64,000 bases of DNA from Syntrophorhabdaceae bacterium. GTDB taxonomy: Bacteria > Desulfobacterota > Syntrophorhabdia > Syntrophorhabdales > Syntrophorhabdaceae. The notes under the pieces are model-generated. The model made no database searches and was not told the origin of the DNA. It saw nothing but the letters and a program-made list of their open reading frames with translations. The stretch is taken from positions 32,001 to 96,000 of the forward strand of contig CAXXUO010000009.1 of NCBI GenBank assembly GCA_963666485.2, given 5' to 3'. Positions 40,718-50,700 of the stretch are shown here, piece by piece (position 1 is the first letter of the stretch; every line of letters starts with the position of its first letter). The translations under genes were made by a program, and so were the position numbers.

Positions 40718-41608
40718 GTGAGCACACTTCTCCAACAGCTGATCAACGGTCTCTTTATAGGCAGCGTGTATGGGCTGTTCGCGGTGGGCTATACGCTCGT
40801 CTTCGGCGTCCTTGATATGTTGAACCTCGCTCACGCTGCCATCTTCACCCTCGGGGGCCTGATAGCCTTGTGGCTCGTCGAAAACGTCGGGTTGTCCATC
40901 TGGCTGGCCTTCCCTGCGGCTACGATCGCAGCGGGCCTCCTCGGCCTCGTGCTCAACCAGGTCGCCTTCGCCCCTTTGCGTAAACGCAGCGACAGCCAGT
41001 TCTCCGGATTGATATCGTCCATCGCCATGGCCATCATCTTCGAAGCGGGGGCCTTAGGGCTGTTCGGCGCCCGGTCCGTACGGTTCCCTGTGGGCACCTT
41101 AGCGGCCCATACATGGAATATCGGCGGGATAACCATCACCGCGCTGCAAATCGGAATTGTCTCCGTCGCTGCCCTGTTGATGGTTGTCCTCACGCTCTTC
41201 ATCGGGCGCACCCGCATCGGCAAAGCCATCCGCGCCGTAGGCGAGAGTGAGAGGGCGGCCACGCTCCTTGGCATCAACGTGAACGGCATCATCGCACTTA
41301 CCTTTTTCGTCTCTTCGGCCCTGGGAGGGGCTGCGGGCATCCTCTTCGGCCTTTACTTCAACAACCTCTCGCCGGACATGGGCCGTTCCATAGAGCTCAA
41401 AGGCCTGGCGGTGATCATCCTGGGCGGCATGGGAAGCGTTCCCGGGGCGATCCTGGGAGGCCTGGCTTTCGGCTTAAGCGAAGTGCTCACCGTGGCGATC
41501 ACCGGCACGTCCAATCTGCGAGACGTCGTTGCCTTCGCCGTCCTTTTCATAATTCTCCTGATTCGGCCGTCCGGTCTGCTCGGCCGGGGGAAATCAAGGG
41601 AGGCCTGA
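40718..41608 (+). CDS. livH: Branched-chain amino acid ABC permease
   Basis: QQLINGL..GSVYGL.AVGYTLVFG, G.AIRA, ILGGMGS. Confidence 0.9.
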   Translation: MSTLLQQLINGLFIGSVYGLFAVGYTLVFGVLDMLNLAHAAIFTLGGLIALWLVENVGLSIWLAFPAATIAAGLLGLVLNQVAFAPLRKRSDSQFSGLISSIAMAIIFEAGALGLFGARSVRFPVGTLAAHTWNIGGITITALQIGIVSVAALLMVVLTLFIGRTRIGKAIRAVGESERAATLLGINVNGIIALTFFVSSALGGAAGILFGLYFNNLSPDMGRSIELKGLAVIILGGMGSVPGAILGGLAFGLSEVLTVAITGTSNLRDVVAFAVLFIILLIRPSGLLGRGKSREA

Positions 41609-41616
41609 GGGCGACG

Positions 41617-42489
41617 GTGGAATCTCTTCTTCAGTTCTACGCCATATACGGCAGTGTCATAAACTTTATCGGCATTAACGCCCTGCTGGCTCTAAGCCTG
41701 AACGTGACCCTTTCTGCGGGTATGCTGTCCTTAGGCAACGCGGCTTTCGCGGCCATAGGGGGCTATACCGCGGGCATCCTGAGCCTGCACTTCAAACTCC
41801 CCTATGTGGTCTCTCTTGCGGGTGGTACCTGCGCGGCAGGGCTCGTAGGCCTGGTAATCGGTCTGCCCGTTCTGCGGCTGCGGGGGGTCTTTCTGGCCAT
41901 GGCGACGCTCGCCTTCGGTGAAGTGGTGCGCCTCGCGGCAGTCAATCTCGACATTACCGGCGGTGCCGAAGGCTTAACGGGCATCCCCAATGTCACCACG
42001 ACGTGGATAATTTACCTGGCCCTTGCTGCGGCGGCCTATTTCCTCGCGATGCTCCGGCGTTCACGCCTGGGATGGGGACTGTTAAGTATACGCGAAGACG
42101 AGACTGCCGCCGGCTCTTTAGGGATCCGCATCACCTATTACAAGGTCGTTGCCTTCGTCATCGGCGCCATGCTGGCAGGTCTGGCGGGGGGGATGTACGC
42201 CCATCTGAACTACCTCATCACGCCCCGAGATTACGGCTTCTTTGTCGCAGTCGACCTCCTGATCTTCAACATCGTCGGCGGTATAGGCGCCTGGTATGGG
42301 CCTATCCTTGGAGCGGCGCTGCTTACTGCGCTACCCGAGGTCTTGCGCGGCATCGGCGTAACTGCCGGGCCTATCCGTCTCGGGATCAACGGTCTCATTC
42401 TGCTCCTCGTAATCCTCTTCCTTCCCAACGGTCTGGCTTCCCTCTTTTCAAGGAGGCAAAGGTCGGGTGCAAAGGCGGAGGCGCCATGA
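41617..42489 (+). CDS. livM: Branched-chain amino acid ABC permease
   Basis: LRLRGVFLAMATLAFGE, ITGGAEG, IREDE.AA. Confidence 0.9.
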   Translation: MESLLQFYAIYGSVINFIGINALLALSLNVTLSAGMLSLGNAAFAAIGGYTAGILSLHFKLPYVVSLAGGTCAAGLVGLVIGLPVLRLRGVFLAMATLAFGEVVRLAAVNLDITGGAEGLTGIPNVTTTWIIYLALAAAAYFLAMLRRSRLGWGLLSIREDETAAGSLGIRITYYKVVAFVIGAMLAGLAGGMYAHLNYLITPRDYGFFVAVDLLIFNIVGGIGAWYGPILGAALLTALPEVLRGIGVTAGPIRLGINGLILLLVILFLPNGLASLFSRRQRSGAKAEAP

Positions 42490-43259
42490 ACAGGCTGCGT
42501 ATCGAGAACGTATCGCGAAACTTTGGCGGGGTACGGGCCCTGGATGACGTTTCCTTCTTCGTCGAACCCGGGACCATCCACGGCCTGATCGGCCCGAACG
42601 GTGCAGGCAAGACGACGCTCATCAATATCCTCAGCGGCCTGCTTCCGCCCGATACCGGCCGGATGAGCTACAGGGACCGCGACCTCCATCGCCTGGCCGT
42701 ACATCAAATGGCGGCCATCGGTATAGCGAGGACCTTTCAGAACATTCGCCTGTTTCCGCATATGACCTGCCTGGAGAACGTCGAGGCAGGCCAGCACCTC
42801 ACATCGAAACGATCGCTTTTGCCCCGATTGCTCCAGCTGCCGTCGGCCCGCCGTGAGGACCGCGAGCTTCACGAACGCGCCATGGCGACGCTTGACCGCG
42901 TGGGCCTCGCCGACAAGGCCTATTATCAGTCTCGCAACCTGTCGTATGGAGAACGTCGCCGCCTGGAGATCGCCAGGGCCCTTGCCCTCAACCCGAGCCT
43001 GTTGCTCCTCGATGAGCCCGTGGCCGGCATGCGCCAGGGGGAGGCGTCCGTGGTTGCGGACCTTTTAGGGACTCTCAGCCGGGAAGGCATGACCATCCTT
43101 TTGATCGAGCACAACATGTCCTTTGTCATGAGCCTCTGTTCCCGCATCACCGTCCTCGATTTCGGCCGGGTGCTCACCACGGGCAGTCCTGAGGAAGTGC
43201 GGACGTGCCGTGAAGTGGTCGAAGCCTACCTTGGCACGGGAGTATCACATCATGCTTGA
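42486..43259 (+). CDS. livG: Branched-chain amino acid ABC ATPase
   Basis: FGGVRAL, GPNGAGKTT, ARTFQ, LSYG, LLLDEP, IEH; start overlaps the livM stop (ATGA). Confidence 0.92.
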   Translation: MNRLRIENVSRNFGGVRALDDVSFFVEPGTIHGLIGPNGAGKTTLINILSGLLPPDTGRMSYRDRDLHRLAVHQMAAIGIARTFQNIRLFPHMTCLENVEAGQHLTSKRSLLPRLLQLPSARREDRELHERAMATLDRVGLADKAYYQSRNLSYGERRRLEIARALALNPSLLLLDEPVAGMRQGEASVVADLLGTLSREGMTILLIEHNMSFVMSLCSRITVLDFGRVLTTGSPEEVRTCREVVEAYLGTGVSHHA

Positions 43260-43977
43260 GGTAAGCGGGCTCACCGTATCTTACGGTCACATCGAGGCGG
43301 TCCGCGACATCTCCTTTCACGTCGCCGAAGGGACCATAGTTTCCCTTGTCGGGCCCAACGGGGCCGGCAAGACGACGACACTGAATGCCTTAAGCGGCGT
43401 CATTCCTGCAGCGCACGGAAGCATCCGATTCCGGGGAAAGGATATCACCCGCGCAAGTGCCCACCGAAGGGTTTCTGAAGGGATAGTACAGGTCCCCGAG
43501 GGCCGCCTGGTGCTTGCCAACATGACCGTTCGGGAGAACCTGGAGCTGGGGGCGTACCGCCGGTCGGGCAGCGAGACCCGGGCAGCGATTGCCGTCATGG
43601 AGGAACGCTTCCCCATTCTCGCCGAACGCCGCAAGTCGCTCGCAGGTACCCTTTCCGGCGGGGAACAGCAGATGCTTGCCATTGCCCGAGGTCTTATGGC
43701 GAAGCCCAGGCTGCTGCTTCTCGACGAGCCATCCCTCGGCCTCGCACCTTTACTCGTTCAGACCATCTTCGAGATCATCGTCGAGCTGAACTCCGAGGGC
43801 CTCACAATCCTGCTCGTGGAACAGAACGCCCACCAGGCCCTCCTGGTTTCTTCGTACGGCTATGTCATGGAAAGCGGGAAGATCGTTCTCGAAGGCTCGG
43901 CAGATCAATTAATGGCCGATCAGGCGGTCATAGACTCCTACCTCGGCCAGGTCCAGCCGGCCGAGTGCGGCGAGTAA
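43252..43977 (+). CDS. livF: Branched-chain amino acid ABC ATPase
   Basis: GPNGAGKTT, VPEGR, LSGGEQQMLAIAR, LDEPSLGLAP, VEQN. Confidence 0.92.
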   Translation: MLEVSGLTVSYGHIEAVRDISFHVAEGTIVSLVGPNGAGKTTTLNALSGVIPAAHGSIRFRGKDITRASAHRRVSEGIVQVPEGRLVLANMTVRENLELGAYRRSGSETRAAIAVMEERFPILAERRKSLAGTLSGGEQQMLAIARGLMAKPRLLLLDEPSLGLAPLLVQTIFEIIVELNSEGLTILLVEQNAHQALLVSSYGYVMESGKIVLEGSADQLMADQAVIDSYLGQVQPAECGE

Positions 43978-43980
43978 TTT

Positions 43981-44014
43981 CAGAGGGGTTGCTTCACATT
44001 AATCAACCCCTCTG
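43981..44014 (+). terminator. Hairpin after the liv operon
   Basis: CAGAGGGGTTG / CAACCCCTCTG 11-bp inverted repeat right after the stop; no strong T-tract. Confidence 0.55.
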
Positions 44015-44083
44015 ATAAATGTAAGACATTTATACTCATTTCTCATTGCCGCTTTGTGCAATTCCCCTTGAGAAATACCCCTT

Positions 44084-44443
44084 TTGGTGATATCTATTTG
44101 TTCGGGGAACATTATGGGTTCTTCTCGCAGAAGCATAGTCGATATCAATGTCCTGATCAACGAACTCTCGAGCGCAGAAAACGGTGCCATCATATTCAGC
44201 TCATCAACAGGCAGGCAATACTCGGTGGAAGACGCGGCATGGGGAAATGGCGCCTTCACGAAAGCCCTTGTCGAAGGCATATCGGGCAAGGCGGATTTCA
44301 CGGGGAAAGGGAGGATAACGATAAACATGCTCGACCTGTATCTTTCTGAAAGGGTCAAGCAATTAACCAGGGGTCAGCAGACTCCGACCACCGCCAAGCC
44401 GGTTACCATCCCCGACTTTCCTCTGGCAATAATCGTAAAATAA
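44084..44443 (+). pseudogene. C-terminal fragment of a caspase-family (peptidase C14) gene
   Basis: ELSSAENGAIIFSSSTGRQYSVED..WGNGAFTKALVEGISGKAD...I....LDLYL..RV..LT.G.Q.P; no catalytic HG / DxC region and no RBS. Confidence 0.7.
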
Positions 44444-44530
44444 CCGGGATCTATTGCAGAATAACCGGCAGGTTTCTCTTTCAGGTGATATCCGGCTTCC
44501 CGGGGCCTGGGACCATGCAGAATTATCAGG

Positions 44531-44773
44531 TTACCTGAGTTGAGCTTTCGGGCATACCAGCGCCTGAAGGCCATCCGGGGAATCGTGCCTGACAAAATCT
44601 TCCCATATCGGACCAGTGTCACACGAAACCACCTTTCCGTCACAGCAAATGCAATCATAGCGAAGTACCCTGCAATGATAGCAATTTTTTCCCCAAACCT
44701 CCCCCGCATTCACGACACCCAGAAAACCCAGGATCCCCACAAAAATGACAGCTGCACAAAGAATATTTTTCAT
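44531..44773 (-). CDS. Small exported Cys-rich protein
   Basis: GGAGG RBS, signal peptide, seven Cys in the mature part. Confidence 0.6.
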   Translation of the reverse strand: MKNILCAAVIFVGILGFLGVVNAGEVWGKNCYHCRVLRYDCICCDGKVVSCDTGPIWEDFVRHDSPDGLQALVCPKAQLR

Positions 44774-45039
44774 TTTATACCTCCGTATACGATTATCCCA
44801 AATTTTCCCGGAAATACTGTATCGCCAGTTTTAAACAGTTGCTGTAAATAATTGATGAATATTATTTAACGGATCGTTTAACCGCGGCGGACAGGGACGT
44901 CCCCCCAACCCTACAAATGGTTGTGCGCAGGCAATGTTGAAGGCTTTATCTTTGCCAGCTGCGGGAACAATGCACATCTTATTCATAAGAGATTGCCCCG
45001 TGATCGGGGTTGTCCCGCCATCACTGCGGGAGGTGAAAC

Positions 45040-45870
45040 ATGATCTGTTTATTACGGTATACGACCAATCTTAACGTGTGTCTTTGGTGCGTGATGATCG
45101 CCGCAGCTATTTGCACTTCCGCATTGATCGCATCGCCTCCGGTTGAAGCCGCGGTCCGGACCCAGGATGTTACCTATACTTCAGGCTCGGTCACTCTCCA
45201 GGGATACCTCGCCTACAATGACAAGATCACCGGGAAAAGGCCCGGCGTCCTCGTCGTTCATGAATGGAAGGGAATATCCGCTTATGAGAAGATGAGGGTG
45301 GAGCAGCTTGCATCCATGGGCTACGTTGCTTTCGCGGCAGACATCTACGGCAAGGATGTCAGACCCTCCACAACCGAGGAAGCATCCAGGACAGCCGCCA
45401 TTTACAGAAATGACCGGGGCTTACTGCGCGCGAGGGCCCTGGCCGGCCTTCAGGTCCTCAAGGAATTCCGTTATACCGATCCCTCACGCGTAGCGGCCAT
45501 CGGCTATTGTTTCGGCGGCACCACGGTCCTCGAGATGGCACGGGCCAATGCCGGCCTCGCAGGAGTCGTCAGTTTCCACGGGAACCTCGACACGCCGAAC
45601 CGCGCCGCGGGACGTATAGCGACAAAGATACTCGCACTTACAGGGGCTGATGACCCCTATGTTCCCCCGGCCCAGCGCCTCGCCTTCGAAGAGGAGATGC
45701 GGGCGGCACAGACAGATTGGCAGATGATCATTTATGGCGGGGCCGTCCACTCATTCACCAATCCAGCATCGGGCAACAACCCGGCCAGCGGAGTCGCTTA
45801 TAATAAAACAGCAGATCGACGTTCATTCGCCGCGATGCAGGCTTTTTTCGGAGAATTGTTCGGGCAATAA
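45040..45870 (+). CDS. Dienelactone hydrolase family protein
   Basis: PGVLVVHEW, GYCFGG, SFHG, GADD, HSFT; GGAGGTG RBS. Confidence 0.9.
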   Translation: MICLLRYTTNLNVCLWCVMIAAAICTSALIASPPVEAAVRTQDVTYTSGSVTLQGYLAYNDKITGKRPGVLVVHEWKGISAYEKMRVEQLASMGYVAFAADIYGKDVRPSTTEEASRTAAIYRNDRGLLRARALAGLQVLKEFRYTDPSRVAAIGYCFGGTTVLEMARANAGLAGVVSFHGNLDTPNRAAGRIATKILALTGADDPYVPPAQRLAFEEEMRAAQTDWQMIIYGGAVHSFTNPASGNNPASGVAYNKTADRRSFAAMQAFFGELFGQ

Positions 45871-46128
45871 TACCAGGAGACCCTCACCCTTTCCCGCTGT
45901 GTCAAATCGGCGGATTGATCGGGCGGTTGCGGTACATGCCATTATTGTCGAATACTGCCGTACAGGTCGACGACTATGTCGAACCTCTCCAATGTACGTA
46001 CAAAATAGATAATTATTTCCAACTGTTAGGTATCACATATGGTGGTATGTTTATTGCTAACATATACGTATAAATATGAAGCTCTGTATTTGTATACTTT
46101 TTCATGTAACAAGCAAGGAGAACCAGAG

Positions 46129-46530
46129 ATGAAAAACGTGGCCGCAATCATAATTATCGCTGCTTTCATCTTCCTGGGGTTCTGTCCGGGCAGCACTTCC
46201 TACGCCCGCGGAGGAGGTCACGGAGGGGGCCATGGTGGAAGCCACAGTGGAGGCCATGCAGGTGGTTATCATGGTACGGGTCATTCCTACCACGGAGGAG
46301 GTCACTACTACCGCGGAGGCGGCTATCGCGGCGGACCTCGAGTCTATGTCAGACCTTTAGGATACCCCTATTACGGCTACCCCTACTATTATACGGCCCC
46401 ATATTACCCTTACCCCTATGGGGAGCAGCAACCTTATGGTGTTTCCTACTGTCGTGATCCGCAGGGCTATTATCCCGACGTGACAGACTGTCCCGGCGGC
46501 TGGATCGAAGTGGTCCCCCCAACCCCATAA
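46129..46530 (+). CDS. Exported Gly/His/Tyr-rich protein
   Basis: AAGGAG RBS; signal peptide; YC.DPQGYYP.V..CPGGW C-terminus. Confidence 0.75.
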   Translation: MKNVAAIIIIAAFIFLGFCPGSTSYARGGGHGGGHGGSHSGGHAGGYHGTGHSYHGGGHYYRGGGYRGGPRVYVRPLGYPYYGYPYYYTAPYYPYPYGEQQPYGVSYCRDPQGYYPDVTDCPGGWIEVVPPTP

Positions 46531-46798
46531 GACGTGAGAACCCGGGACGTTCTTCAGGAAGCGAGCAGCTTCTATCTTCTTCCCGTTTTCGAAGCAATAT
46601 TCCGGTTGGCGGCAATTTTTTCTTAATCAATAACGAACGTCCCTCTGTCCGGGCATAGATATTACGCTTTCCATGATAGATGGGGCCCCGAACTTGACTA
46701 TACCAGGCCCGATGGTTAGAGATTCAATCAGAGCATAAAGACAAGGGCTGAGCAGGCCCGGGAAATGACTCGGAAAGAAATGAGGGGAGGTATGGACT

Positions 46799-47215
46799 AT
46801 GAAAACGGTCTTATCGGTTTCGTTTGTGATTCTTGCCGGTATCATGTCGGTTGTACTCGCTTTTGGTTACACCACGGATCAGGCGTCGAACGGAAAGGAA
46901 CTCTACGTCAAAAATTGTGCGGTCTGTCACGGCGCCGGCGGCGAAGGAGGCGCAGTCCCCGCGCAGTTTGGCAAACTTGCAGGAATGAAGGCGCCCCGCA
47001 TAGTTGGCCCGGGGTTTCTGCCCGGCATGAAGGATGTGGGCCAGGTCTATGACTTTGCAAGCAAGAAGATGCCGGGTGATAAGCCGGGCAGCTTAAAGAG
47101 CGATGAGTACCTTGACATCATCTCCTTTGCCCTCCAGGCAAACGGCATCAAACCGGACGGCAAACCTCTCACCCCGGCTTCGGCAAAGAAGATAAAACTG
47201 GGCAGCGGGAAATAG
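46799..47215 (+). CDS. Monoheme c-type cytochrome
   Basis: Signal peptide, CAVCH, KMP distal Met. Confidence 0.9.
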   Translation: MKTVLSVSFVILAGIMSVVLAFGYTTDQASNGKELYVKNCAVCHGAGGEGGAVPAQFGKLAGMKAPRIVGPGFLPGMKDVGQVYDFASKKMPGDKPGSLKSDEYLDIISFALQANGIKPDGKPLTPASAKKIKLGSGK

Positions 47216-47239
47216 GCGCTGATCCCGATCGGGCGCCTT

Positions 47240-47286
47240 AAAGGGAAGTCGGCGAGGTGATTGACTTGCCTGACTTCCCTTTTTTT
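47240..47286 (+). terminator. Intrinsic terminator between convergent genes
   Basis: AAGGGAAGTC...GACTTCCCTT stem followed by a T-tract. Confidence 0.75.
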
Positions 47287-47314
47287 ACAATGGCATTACG
47301 AAGGATTGCACAAA

Positions 47315-47719
47315 TCAGCCTTCAATGATTTCATAGCCGGCTGATTCCAATGATGGCCTGGTATATATAAAGAGCATTTCAACCGGCTCGTCGAAGGGAT
47401 TATAGAACCAATGGACGGCTTTTCTTGGCACAAACATAGTCTGCCCGGCAGACATCTCCGTCTCAGTATTGTACAATCCGCTTATTCCCTTCCCGGAAAG
47501 AATGTAGATAATTTCCTCTGCATGAGGGTGCACGTGTTTTTTATGTTTTGCTGTTTTTGCCTCGAACCTGCAATATGCAAAAGTTACGTCCTTAGCGCCT
47601 GCCGTATCTTGGTCAACTATAATAATCCTTTCTGAATCAAACAGATCTTTGATCGGTTCCCGTCTCCCATCTTTTAAATCAAACACATGCTTCATAATTG
47701 CCGGTTCTTTTTCTTTCAT
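47315..47719 (-). CDS. Cupin domain protein
   Basis: H.HPHAEEIIYILSG.G and VPRKAVH.F.N motifs; AAGGA RBS. Confidence 0.85.
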   Translation of the reverse strand: MKEKEPAIMKHVFDLKDGRREPIKDLFDSERIIIVDQDTAGAKDVTFAYCRFEAKTAKHKKHVHPHAEEIIYILSGKGISGLYNTETEMSAGQTMFVPRKAVHWFYNPFDEPVEMLFIYTRPSLESAGYEIIEG

Positions 47720-47773
47720 GTTGTGTCCTTTACGTGTGATGAAACTATGTTTAGCATTTCCCATCATTTACCG

Positions 47774-50700
47774 TCAGAACGCCACCCTCAGGCCCCCGTT
47801 TATGTTGTGGGCGATGTAATTGTCCATGCCGATCTGGGCGCTGTAGCCGATACTGAGGGATGCGCCGTTCTGCAGGAACATCGAGATCCCCGCACCGCAC
47901 AGGACAAAATTCCTGCCGGGTGACGGGCTCTCTATGCTGAAGGGGGAACTCCCCTGAGCCAGTCGGGACGTGATGGTCTGGTCTCCCCTGAGGAAATCAT
48001 ACCCGTAGGATGCGTGGATGAGCGGCATTATGAGGGCCTTGCCCGTATCAAACGTGTAGTATATCCTCCCGCCGAAGTTCCCCATGAGGGACTGCGTGTC
48101 CTGGCTGTTCACGGTCAGGTCCAGGGCGCCCGCGCCGGATTCGGTGAAGCTGTCGAGGTTAAGCTTGATATACTGGAGGGAAGCAGTGGGGACAAGGGTC
48201 CATTTGCTCACGTTGAACTCGTAGCCTGTGCCTCCGTAAAGGGTGAACTGCCGGCCGGCGGGCTTTGAGGTCGCTGTGCGGTCGATGCCGGGGAAGACGA
48301 TGCGCCGGGTGTTCCTGTAGTCAGACCACCCGTAGCTTGCCTGCCCGTCCACGAAAAACCCCTTGCTATACCAGGTCCCGTAGGCACCGAGGGTGTATCC
48401 GTCCATCTTCACCTTGCTGTCGTAGTCGTCCACGTTCGCCCGGGAGCCCGTATATCCCACGAGGAGGCCCGCGGCCAGGTTGTTCGTGAACCTGTAGTCC
48501 ATGCCGAACGTGATCCCGGCACTCGTGAATCTGTACCCCAACTGGTCGGGGGTATCCCTCTGGTCCCCGGAGACGGCGTTGCCTTTCACGAAGGCGCCCC
48601 ATCTGTCATCGGCGCCCGAAGGAAGCATGCCCGTGAGGTCCGGCCCCGCCGAGGCGATGAGGACGGGTTTATCCCTCCCGTCCCGTATAAAATTGCTGTT
48701 CCTGATGAACGTCCCGTCGAGGCCAGTCCCTCTCACTCCGCGCCGTATGTCGGAGAGGCGGTCGGATATGTTGCCTGCCTGGAACACGGCGGAACTGGTG
48801 CCCATGCTGAAAATGGCCTCGCTCCCCCGGGGGGCGATCTGGTCGTAGACGCCCGGCACCTGGCTGTACCCGCGCAAAGCATCGATGGCGGCAAGAACCG
48901 TATTGAGGTCGCCCGTGGCGGTGTTGCCGACACTGTTAAGCATGGTGCCCACCGCCCTCTGGTTGGTGTTGAGGAAGGGGAGGAGTACCTCGTTCACATA
49001 GTCGCGCTGGACCACGAGGTAAACCTGGTTGGGGACGTCGTACCTGGGTTTGAAGACCACGGTTGGGGTGATATTGGTGAGAAGGCTCGAGAACTGTCCC
49101 GTTATCCCCTCCGTGGCGGTGAGGAAAGCGCCGAATACGGTCCCTATAGCGGGGGTGACGCCGCCCTGCCAGGAGGTCTGGAGTATGCCGTTGAGATAGG
49201 CTCCCCCGGTGACGGCAAGGACGTCGTTGCTCGTGTGTGAGGCAACCTCGATGAGGAGTTTGGCCTGACGTTCCTGGTAGTAGTCGCCTATGATGGAGAG
49301 AGTGCCAATGGAGTTGCCGGGCTTGATGGTGCCGGACAGATGGTAGAAACCGTACGGCGCCTCGATGGTGCCGCTTCCGGAGACAACGCCGCCGTCGAGG
49401 ACAAAGAACCCGTCTTCGGGGTCCTCATCATTGGCGGGCCTCACCATCTTCACCGTGCCGTTGACGTTGAATACGCCGGCGGAAATCTGGACCGCTTCGT
49501 CAAACTGCATTGTCAACCCGGACGGGTTGATCAGAACCGTGTCCGCCATCAGCGTTGTCAGTGACCTGGCTTTTATGTCTGCGGTCTGCGTGACAACCCC
49601 GCCGCCCATCACTATCTTTCCCATAAGAAGGGTAACCTTGTAACTGTTCCAGGTAGCCGCCTCGTTGTTCACAACGTCACCCATCGTGACGGTCCATTTC
49701 CCGGACAGTTTGTTAGCCCCTCCCAGGGGGTCTTCTCCCCAGAAGGTATTGGAAAGAAAAGTCCAGCCAAAGTTGGTGACGCTCGCAGAATCCTGTTTAT
49801 CAGCCGCAAGGTTCTGCGTGGAGTTGAATAGCCGGCTCTTTGTTCCGTACGGAGAGGTAATGTAAGCGGTCAGGTCGCCGCGCCTGGTATGGGTAAAGTT
49901 GAGGTTCACCTCGACGCCTTCGAGGGGCTGCCTGAGTGAAGCAGGGAGCTCGGCCGTCGTCAATGTGAGGTCCTTGCTCGTACCCATGTTGGTGCTGCCG
50001 TTGAAATATTTTATCTTCTCATTGACCGTTTGCGTGCCCGTCGCGTACGAGGTTTGATTGGTCACATAGAGCACGTTTTTTACCGTTTCTACAAATTTGC
50101 CCGCGTTGATGTTGCCGAAGCCATAGTTGGGGTTGAACCAATTGCCGGCTCCGTTTTGCACCCAGCCCCCCGTCGCACTTGCGTCGTTGGGGTCCACCTT
50201 CGTGCTCGTACTGACGAGCACGTGCTTGGCCATGCGCACATCCATCTGCTTGTTGGCCTCCATCCCGAGTGCCAGGATGCCGGACACGAGGGGGGCGGAG
50301 GAGGAAGTGCCTCCGAAGGTGCTCGTGTAGCTGGTATCGGGGAACTGGTCGGTCCAGTCGCCTTTTGTATTCCCGGTGGAATAACGGTTATAGCCCAGGC
50401 TATCGCCTGTCCTGTCGGTGGTCGTAATGCCGAAGGTGTAGTAGCCGGAATATATACCGGACCTGTTCGACGGCGCCGTGACAAAGACGTTGGAGCCGTA
50501 GTTGCTGTAGTCCGTGAATTTCCCGTCGCTGCCCATGGCTGCCACGGTTATCACGTTCGCGTTCGTGAGGACATTGTCCTTACCGGTGTCCTCGTTGGCC
50601 TTGCCCCGCTCGTTCCCCGCCGACCAGACGTGTATGATGCCGTTGCGCGTCGTCGCATTGATTGCCGACGTTATGTTGGGGCCGTGAAGGTCGTCGTTCG

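Noticed and set aside
42003..42485. N-terminal extension of livG
   Set aside because: It lies inside livM; the true start overlaps the livM stop at 42486.
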